Below are positions 56,934-64,000 of a DNA stretch of 64,000 nucleotides, in pieces; positions within the stretch are counted from its first letter, which is position 1, and each line of letters starts with the position of its first letter. Made by a program: the position numbers and the translations under genes. The notes under the pieces are model-generated. The model had not been told where the DNA came from. It did not search any database and saw only the letters and a program-made list of their open reading frames with translations. The DNA comes from Bacteroidota bacterium. Lineage in GTDB: Bacteria > Bacteroidota > Bacteroidia > Flavobacteriales > Flavobacteriaceae. The stretch spans positions 16,921 through 80,920 of the forward strand of contig JBCCKH010000019.1 of NCBI GenBank assembly GCA_039027495.1. The letters run 5' to 3'.

Positions 56934-57920
56934 ATGTCAGCAGCAGTAGAACCCATTTTAGCCGAAAATGAAGACCGATTTGTAATCTTTCCCATCAAAC
57001 ATCATGATTTATGGGATTGGTACAAAAAATGTGAAGCGTGTTTTTGGACTGCTGAGGAGATAGATTTACACCAAGATTTGACGGACTGGAACAATAAGTT
57101 GAGTGAAGAGGAGCAATATTTCATCAAACATATTCTTGCCTTTTTTGCGGCTTCTGACGGTATTGTAAACGAGAATTTGGCGGAAAACTTTGTGAACGAA
57201 GTACAATATTCCGAAGCCAAATTTTTCTATGGTTTCCAGATTATGATGGAAAATATCCATTCGGAGACCTACTCTTTACTGATTGATACCTATGTCAAGG
57301 ATGAAAAAGAGAAAAATGTACTCTTCAAGGCCATTGAAAACTTCCCGGCTATTAAGAAAAAGGCGGATTGGGCGTTGAAATGGATTGACTCGCCAAGTTT
57401 TGCAGAACGATTGATTGCTTTTGCAGCAGTTGAGGGAATTTTCTTTTCTGGAGCCTTCTGTTCCATTTTCTGGTTGAAGAAAAGAGGACTAATGCCAGGA
57501 TTGACCTTTTCAAACGAGTTGATTTCAAGGGATGAAGGCATGCACTGCGACTATGCGGTACATCTGCACAACAACCACTTGATAAACAAGGTCCCTAAAG
57601 AGCGTATCTCCGAAATTATCGTTGATGCCCTTAATATCGAAAGAGAGTTCATTACGGAATCCTTGCCCGTTAGCCTTATCGGGATGAACGCTAAATTGAT
57701 GACTCAATATCTTGAATTTGTGACCGATAGACTTCTAGTCGAGTTACAATGTGAAAAAGTTTATAACGCCACCAACCCATTCGATTTTATGGACATGATT
57801 TCGCTACAAGGAAAAACCAACTTCTTTGAAAAGCGCGTGTCTGAATATCAAAAAGCGGGCGTGCTCAACAAAGAAAAAGATGCTGATTCCCAAAAAATCA
57901 GCTTCGACGCAGATTTTTAA
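56934..57920 (+). CDS. nrdB: Class I ribonucleotide reductase beta subunit
   Basis: [50 protein letters not shown]. Confidence 0.97.
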   Translation: MSAAVEPILAENEDRFVIFPIKHHDLWDWYKKCEACFWTAEEIDLHQDLTDWNNKLSEEEQYFIKHILAFFAASDGIVNENLAENFVNEVQYSEAKFFYGFQIMMENIHSETYSLLIDTYVKDEKEKNVLFKAIENFPAIKKKADWALKWIDSPSFAERLIAFAAVEGIFFSGAFCSIFWLKKRGLMPGLTFSNELISRDEGMHCDYAVHLHNNHLINKVPKERISEIIVDALNIEREFITESLPVSLIGMNAKLMTQYLEFVTDRLLVELQCEKVYNATNPFDFMDMISLQGKTNFFEKRVSEYQKAGVLNKEKDADSQKISFDADF

Positions 57921-58047
57921 ATAACCCACCAACTAAACCCTCTTGGCCCCTGAGGGTTTCCATGACCTTAACCTTAAATGTTATTTTTTAACATTTAAAG
58001 CTTTTGGTTAAGCCAATGAAAAGTATCACATAAAAGAAGAGTAGCAA

Positions 58048-60525
58048 ATGTTCGTAGTAAAAAGAGATGGAAAAAAGGAGCCGGTGATGTTCGATAAGAT
58101 CACCGCAAGGGTAAGAAAGTTATGTTATGGTCTAAATGGGTTGGTAGATCCAGTAAAGGTGACCATGCGCGTAATTGAAGGGCTTTATGATGGGGTAACT
58201 ACATCCGAATTGGATAACCTTGCCGCAGAGATTGCCGCGACCATGACCACAACCCACCCTGACTATGCCAAGCTCGCAGCACGTATCTCCATCTCGAACT
58301 TGCACAAAAACACCAAAAAGTCCTTCTCTGAAACCATGAAGGACCTCTACGAATATGTAAATCCACGAACCGGAAAAAAAGCACCATTGATTTCCGATGA
58401 GGTTTTCGAAGTGATCAGTAAAAACGCCGAAACCTTGGATTCAACCATTATCTACAACCGTGATTTTGGCTACGATTACTTTGGTTTCAAAACGCTTGAA
58501 CGTTCGTACTTGCTCAAAATCAATGGAAATATCGCTGAGCGACCACAGCATATGTTAATGCGAGTTGCCGTGGGAATACACTTGAATGACATGGATGCTG
58601 CAGTAGAGACCTATGAGTTGATGTCCAAAAAGTACTTTACACATGCTACGCCAACCCTTTTCAACTCTGGTACACCGAAACCGCAAATGTCTTCATGTTT
58701 CTTATTGGCAATGCGTGAAGACAGTATAGATGGCATTTATGATACTTTGAAACAAACCGCAAAGATTTCCCAGTCCGCTGGAGGTATCGGCCTTTCCATC
58801 CATAATGTCAGGGCTACAGGTTCGTACATTGCGGGAACAAACGGTACTTCCAATGGAATCGTGCCCATGTTGCGTGTATTTAATGACACAGCGCGTTATG
58901 TAGACCAAGGAGGAGGAAAGCGAAAAGGAAGCTTCGCGATTTATGTGGAGCCATGGCACGCAGATATTTATGACTTCTTGGATTTGAAAAAGAACCACGG
59001 AAAAGAAGAAATGCGAGCCCGTGACTTGTTCTACGCTATGTGGATTCCAGATTTGTTCATGAAGCGTGTTGAAGCCGACGCAGAATGGACTTTAATGTGT
59101 CCAAACGAGTGTACGGGACTTTTCGATTCGCATAGTGAAGAGTTTGAAGCACTTTACACAAAATACGAGGCTGAAGGAAAGGGAAGAAAAACTATCAAAG
59201 CTAGAGAGCTTTGGGAGAAAATCCTGGAATCCCAAATCGAGACGGGAACCCCTTATATGTTGTACAAGGACGCGGCCAACCGGAAGAGCAACCAGAAAAA
59301 TTTGGGTACCATTCGTTCATCGAACCTGTGTACTGAGATTTTGGAATATACCTCCCCCGATGAAATCGCGGTTTGTAATTTGGCATCCATAGCACTTCCT
59401 ATGTTCATTAAGAATGGTGCGTTTGACCACAAAGAATTGTTCAAGGTCACCAAACGGGTCACCAAGAACTTGAACCGGGTCATCGATAGGAATTACTACC
59501 CGGTAAAGGAGGCCGAAAATTCAAATATGCGTCACCGCCCCGTAGGACTTGGGGTGCAAGGTTTGGCTGATGCCTTTATTATGTTGCGTTTGCCCTTCAC
59601 CAGTGATGAAGCCAAAAAACTCAACCAAGAAATATTTGAGACCCTGTATTATGCCGCCGTTACCGCATCTATGGAATTAGCCAAAGATGAAGGCACCTAT
59701 TCCACCTACAAAGGTTCTCCAATCGCAAAAGGCGAATTTCAGCATAACCTTTGGGGGATAAAAGACGAAGAGCTTTCCGGAAGATGGGATTGGGCCAAGT
59801 TACGCAAGGACGTCAAAGCGCATGGCGTACGGAATTCACTATTGGTTGCACCTATGCCAACTGCGTCTACTTCCCAGATTTTAGGAAATAACGAATGTTT
59901 TGAACCCTATACGTCCAACATTTACACCAGACGTGTACTATCAGGAGAGTTCATCGTAGTCAACAAGCACCTTCTGGAAGATTTGGTATCTCTTGGACTT
60001 TGGAACGAGAACATGAAGCAAGAATTGATGCGTGCCAACGGTTCTATTCAGCATATTGAAATCATTCCTGAGGACATCAAGGAGTTGTATAAAACCGTTT
60101 GGGAGTTGAGCATGAAGGATATCATTGATATGAGCCGACACAGAGGCTACTTCATCGACCAAAGCCAATCATTGAATTTGTTCATGGAAAATGCCAACTA
60201 TTCCAAGTTGACGTCGATGCATTTTTACGCTTGGAAGAGTGGTTTGAAAACGGGAATGTACTATTTGAGGACAAAAGCTGCGGTAGATGCAATTAAATTC
60301 ACCTTGGACAATACTAAAAAGAAGGAAGTTCCCGTTAGTATAGCAGCAGAGGCCGAAGTTGCCGCTGCAGCACCCAAGGCAGCAGAAACACTGAATGTGG
60401 AAACAACGCCGGTAAGTCAGCAAGAGGTTGACATACAACCCATGACACCGGAAGAAATGAAAGAAATGATTGCACGTGCCAAAGAAGGCCAAGCAGACGA
60501 CGACTGCTTGATGTGCGGCTCATAG
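58048..60525 (+). CDS. nrdA: Class I ribonucleotide reductase alpha subunit with ATP cone
   Basis: VVKRDG ATP cone, [37 protein letters not shown]-terminal CxxC. Confidence 0.97.
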   Translation: MFVVKRDGKKEPVMFDKITARVRKLCYGLNGLVDPVKVTMRVIEGLYDGVTTSELDNLAAEIAATMTTTHPDYAKLAARISISNLHKNTKKSFSETMKDLYEYVNPRTGKKAPLISDEVFEVISKNAETLDSTIIYNRDFGYDYFGFKTLERSYLLKINGNIAERPQHMLMRVAVGIHLNDMDAAVETYELMSKKYFTHATPTLFNSGTPKPQMSSCFLLAMREDSIDGIYDTLKQTAKISQSAGGIGLSIHNVRATGSYIAGTNGTSNGIVPMLRVFNDTARYVDQGGGKRKGSFAIYVEPWHADIYDFLDLKKNHGKEEMRARDLFYAMWIPDLFMKRVEADAEWTLMCPNECTGLFDSHSEEFEALYTKYEAEGKGRKTIKARELWEKILESQIETGTPYMLYKDAANRKSNQKNLGTIRSSNLCTEILEYTSPDEIAVCNLASIALPMFIKNGAFDHKELFKVTKRVTKNLNRVIDRNYYPVKEAENSNMRHRPVGLGVQGLADAFIMLRLPFTSDEAKKLNQEIFETLYYAAVTASMELAKDEGTYSTYKGSPIAKGEFQHNLWGIKDEELSGRWDWAKLRKDVKAHGVRNSLLVAPMPTASTSQILGNNECFEPYTSNIYTRRVLSGEFIVVNKHLLEDLVSLGLWNENMKQELMRANGSIQHIEIIPEDIKELYKTVWELSMKDIIDMSRHRGYFIDQSQSLNLFMENANYSKLTSMHFYAWKSGLKTGMYYLRTKAAVDAIKFTLDNTKKKEVPVSIAAEAEVAAAAPKAAETLNVETTPVSQQEVDIQPMTPEEMKEMIARAKEGQADDDCLMCGS

Positions 60526-60625
60526 TTTGTGCTGAACTTATCAGTATGTGATAGTGTTTATTGATTAGATACCCTGGAAAGGTTCATTAAGATGTTGAAC
60601 ATGTTCCAGGGTATTTTTATGACAT

Positions 60626-60653
60626 AAAAAAAGCCCTCTATTGAGGGCTTTTT
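60626..60653. terminator. Bidirectional intrinsic terminator, preceded by a second hairpin at 60569-60614
   Basis: AAAAAAGCCCTC-tatt-GAGGGCTTTT between convergent genes. Confidence 0.8.
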
Positions 60654-60675
60654 CTTTTTTATCTAATGGTTTACT

Positions 60676-61326
60676 TTACAAAGACCAAGCTCTGTTTTGG
60701 GTTAAAGTCTCCGCATCATCACACGCAACATACTGCCCTGGAATAGGCAAATAGGCCAAAACCTCTTCTCCAATGTATTCCGTGTTTTTATATGACCAAA
60801 CCGTCATATCGCGAAGGGAATTGGCAAATGCGAAGCAAGCAATTTCATCATCCAACACTGCACTTCCTTGTTCTTCGATCGCCATAAAATAGTCTTCCAC
60901 GGCTTCTCCATGTTCCTTTTCCACGTCTTTGGTGCGTTTTTTAAGGTAGGTACTCAACAAAGGGGTAAAACCTTCCTCATCAACTTCTGCTAGTGTTTCC
61001 TTTTGGGTCTCGCTTAATACTTTGCCAAAAAACTTTTCCATGGTCATTTTCATGAAATCTTGATGTTCTTCAGGAAGCACTTCTTTCGCGAAGGTGTCAA
61101 TGAAAACGTGTATGTTCATTTCTGTGGCAGAAGGCGTATCGGTTTTGGGTAAAATCATATCCACTAACGTATGAATGGCTGTACCTTGGTCCTTAGTCAA
61201 AAACTCAGGAAACCAATCCAAAACTTTTTTACTGCTACAGCTCTGTACCAGATTCATAAGGGTGGGAGCGGCAACAGTGTACCCAAAGGCCATTCCCATA
61301 TTCTTGAGCGCTTTTCTTCTTTCCAT
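60676..61326 (-). CDS. Gluconate 2-dehydrogenase subunit 3-family protein, Tat lipoprotein
   Basis: MERRKALK..VQSC, MILPKTDTPSA, YLPIPGQY. Confidence 0.88.
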   Translation of the reverse strand: MERRKALKNMGMAFGYTVAAPTLMNLVQSCSSKKVLDWFPEFLTKDQGTAIHTLVDMILPKTDTPSATEMNIHVFIDTFAKEVLPEEHQDFMKMTMEKFFGKVLSETQKETLAEVDEEGFTPLLSTYLKKRTKDVEKEHGEAVEDYFMAIEEQGSAVLDDEIACFAFANSLRDMTVWSYKNTEYIGEEVLAYLPIPGQYVACDDAETLTQNRAWSL

Positions 61327-63044
61327 TATACGTTTCCTTTTTTAAGTTCTTGTGCAGCGTGATTTGCGGCTCTCGCCGTAAAGGCCATATAGGTTAGCGA
61401 TGGGTTTACACAACTTGCGGAAGTCATGAATGCCCCGTCGGTCACGTACACATTTTTACAAGCGTGTACTTGGTTGTATTCATTTACCACCGAGGTCTTA
61501 GGGTCACGACCCATACGGGCCGTTCCCATTTCATGAATGCCCAGCCCAATGGCGTAGGGTCTATCATACGGTTCAATGTCCCTAGCGCCAGATTTTTCCA
61601 GCATCTGAACGGCTTGGTCTTGCATATCCTTTCGCATGTTGATTTCGTTGTCCCTGATTTCCGCATCGAAGGTAACGGTCGGCAAGCCCCACTGGTCAAG
61701 CTTGTCATAATCCAACATCATCTTGTTGTCGTGATACGGAAGGATTTCACCGAAGGCCAGCATGTTCATGGTCCAGCCTCCAGGCTTCATTAAACCTTCT
61801 TTGAACTCCTTACCAAAAGAAGCTTCCGCTACAAGATTTTCATAATCGCCTCGAGCTGCACCTCCTTGATAACCATATCCGCGTGTGAAATCTTTCATAT
61901 CACTGGCGCCTCCTAGGTTTCGGAAACGGGGAATGTAAATGCCGTTGGGTTTTCGGCCTTTATAATATTTATCATCAAAACCATCCATTTTCCCTTGGGC
62001 ACCTACTAAAAAATGGTGGTCCATAATATTGTGTCCCAACTCTCCACTATCATTTCCTAATCCATTTTCGAAACGGTCAGACTTGGATTGCATCAAAATA
62101 CTGGTCGATGCTACGGCCGAAGCACACAAGAAAATCACTTTCGCCTTGAATTCAAAAGTCTCTTTGGTTACCCTATCAATAACTTTAACCCCAGTTGCTT
62201 TTTTGGTGTCCGGGTCATACATGATTTCATGAACGATGGAATCCGGACGCAAGGTCATATTCCCGGTCCTTTCCGCTGCAGGCAAGGTTGAGGAAAGACT
62301 ACTGAAGTAAGCGCCAAAAGGACACCCTCTTACGCAACGGTTTCTGAACTGGCAGCGAACCCTACCATCGCCCTCAAACTGTTTGTCACTGTTGATATGG
62401 GCGACGCGGCCTGCAGTAATGATTCTACCATCAAAATGTTCTGCTACTTTTCCTCGAACGTGGTCTTCTACACAATTGAGTTCCATCATGGGCTCGAATT
62501 GCCCATCAGGCAATTGGGGAAGCCCCAATAATTCACCGGAGATTCCAATATACGATTCTACTTTATCGTACCAAGGGGCAATATCTTTGTATCTCACGGG
62601 CCAATCAACGGCAACCCCTTCGTTGCCATTGGCGGCAAAGTCCATTTCACTCCAACGATAGCTATGTCGCCCCCACATAATAGAACGACCTCCTACATGA
62701 TAACCGCGCATCCAATCAAAGCGTTTTACCTCGTTGTACGGATGTTCTAGGTCATTGACGAACCAATGCTTTGACGGGGCTTTTACAGTGTATCCCGTTC
62801 TCGCTTGCTTTTCTTGTTTTTTCAAATCCTCCGCGGTCGGTTCGCCTGCATGGGGAAAATCCCAAGGGTCAAGATTTGCGGTCGGATAGTCCTCTCGGTG
62901 CTTTACCATACGTCCTCTTTCCAACACCAAAGTCTTGAGACCATTCTCACAGAGTTCTTTGGCCGCCCATCCACCACTGATGCCAGTGCCCACCACGATA
63001 GCATCATAAGATTCCTGCTCCTCGTTGTAATAAAACTTACTCAT
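61326..63044 (-). CDS. GMC-family oxidoreductase
   Basis: VGTGISGG FAD motif, VGGRSIMWGR, IHEMGTARMG, NPSLTYMA. Start reassigned to MSKFY. Confidence 0.95.
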   Translation of the reverse strand: MSKFYYNEEQESYDAIVVGTGISGGWAAKELCENGLKTLVLERGRMVKHREDYPTANLDPWDFPHAGEPTAEDLKKQEKQARTGYTVKAPSKHWFVNDLEHPYNEVKRFDWMRGYHVGGRSIMWGRHSYRWSEMDFAANGNEGVAVDWPVRYKDIAPWYDKVESYIGISGELLGLPQLPDGQFEPMMELNCVEDHVRGKVAEHFDGRIITAGRVAHINSDKQFEGDGRVRCQFRNRCVRGCPFGAYFSSLSSTLPAAERTGNMTLRPDSIVHEIMYDPDTKKATGVKVIDRVTKETFEFKAKVIFLCASAVASTSILMQSKSDRFENGLGNDSGELGHNIMDHHFLVGAQGKMDGFDDKYYKGRKPNGIYIPRFRNLGGASDMKDFTRGYGYQGGAARGDYENLVAEASFGKEFKEGLMKPGGWTMNMLAFGEILPYHDNKMMLDYDKLDQWGLPTVTFDAEIRDNEINMRKDMQDQAVQMLEKSGARDIEPYDRPYAIGLGIHEMGTARMGRDPKTSVVNEYNQVHACKNVYVTDGAFMTSASCVNPSLTYMAFTARAANHAAQELKKGNV

Positions 63045-63182
63045 GTATTGTGTTTGTTTAATCACTAAATGTATTAATTATTAAATTAATTTTCTACATT
63101 TAAACCCTGTGTTTGTTGAGAATTCCGTACTATAACGTTATAGTTTTTCTCAACTCTTCATAATTCATTAAAAACAACCTAA

Positions 63183-64000
63183 ATGAGGCGACGACGATTT
63201 ATCAATCGAGGAATCCAAGCAAGTGCAGCAATAACTATTTTAGGAGTGAGTTCCTGTAAGGATGGTAAAAAAACAGCTGAAACGACTTCCGAAACCATGG
63301 AGCCAGAACCAGAAACCGCAGACGTGGCGATACAATTGTCTTTGGCCCAATGGTCAATCCATAGAATGATAAAGGAAGAAGGTCTGGACCCCTATGCTTT
63401 TGCCGAGAAAGCAAAACAATGGGGATTTTCTGGATTGGAATATGTGAGCCAGCTTTACGAAAAGGAGCTGGCCGAAAAAGAATTTTCGCAAGAGGCTATG
63501 GATGAGTTCGTTCAAAAATCCTTGGAAGCGAGCAAAGCGCATGAGATGGAAAACCTAATCATCATGGTAGACCATGAAGGTGATTTGTCTTCCGCCGATG
63601 AGGCCGAAAGAAACGAAGCTGTAGAAAGGCATCATAAATGGGTCGATGCTGCCGAGAAATTAGGTTGTCATTCCATCCGTGTGAATCTTATGGGAAGTAA
63701 AGTCGCTGAAGAGTGGACGCCAGCTTCTATTGATGGGCTCAAAAAATTATGTGCTTACGCGGCACCTAAAAATATTGATGTCATCGTCGAGAACCATGGT
63801 GGCTTCTCTTCCGATGCAGGTATGCTCGTTGAAGTGATGAAAGGCGTAGATATGGCCAACTGCGGAACCTTGCCAGATTTTGGGAATTTTTGCGTTGAGC
63901 GTGAAGATGGTTCCTATTTTGAATCAAAATGCATCAAGGAATATGACCGCTATCAAGGCATAACCGAACTGATGCCCTATGCGAAAGCCGTAAGTGCAAA
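63183..64000 (+). CDS. Sugar phosphate isomerase/epimerase (TIM-barrel) Tat lipoprotein, truncated by the window end
   Basis: Manually translated: MRRRRFIN..GVSSC, LSLAQWSIHR, IRVN, VENHGG, GTLPDFGNF. Absent from the ORF track because there is no stop in the window. Confidence 0.88.
   Translation, partial: MRRRRFINRGIQASAAITILGVSSCKDGKKTAETTSETMEPEPETADVAIQLSLAQWSIHRMIKEEGLDPYAFAEKAKQWGFSGLEYVSQLYEKELAEKEFSQEAMDEFVQKSLEASKAHEMENLIIMVDHEGDLSSADEAERNEAVERHHKWVDAAEKLGCHSIRVNLMGSKVAEEWTPASIDGLKKLCAYAAPKNIDVIVENHGGFSSDAGMLVEVMKGVDMANCGTLPDFGNFCVEREDGSYFESKCIKEYDRYQGITELMPYAKAVSA

Noticed and set aside
505-63542. Many short antisense or overlapping ORFs in the six-frame track
   Set aside because: They are shadows of well-supported genes and show no motifs or plausible starts.
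1-64000. Prophage, IS, integron, defence island, rRNA/tRNA, riboswitch
   Set aside because: No integrase, transposase, phage structural, restriction or cas genes and no recognisable structured-RNA signatures were seen.

Overview
A 64-kb, gene-dense stretch of a marine-type Flavobacteriaceae (Bacteroidota) chromosome. The taxon is inferred from T9SS C-terminal domains, TAnnTTTG promoter elements and gene order. It is mostly core genome: hflX; a haem cluster (hemA-C-D-E-DUF6973-F, phzF, hemB, plus hemH and hemJ, but no hemL); nrdBA; a dCMP deaminase; an S41 protease; several regulators; and the start of a GMC-oxidoreductase sugar locus. I saw no rRNA, tRNA, CRISPR array, integrase or transposase. 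The most unusual signals are small-scale: (1) a four-helix-bundle (TIGR02436/Avd-like) gene between phzF and hemB, bracketed at both ends by phased 7-nt AGCTTAA-type repeats; (2) four clusters of GTCA-footed REP-like hairpins, many carrying a ~21-nt GCCTGCCC...GGG mini-hairpin at the same loop position; (3) a PspA-less ydjI/ydjG-like SPFH-GYF plus zinc-ribbon membrane operon; (4) a collagen-like lipoprotein with Cys-closed Ca-loop repeats; (5) an Ig-like domain split by a ~190-aa insert; (6) recognisable operators: a Fur-like box at hemA/araC, twin GGA-N5-TCC boxes before a radical SAM gene, and an ECF42-type promoter. All product calls come from motif recognition by eye; no database searches were run.
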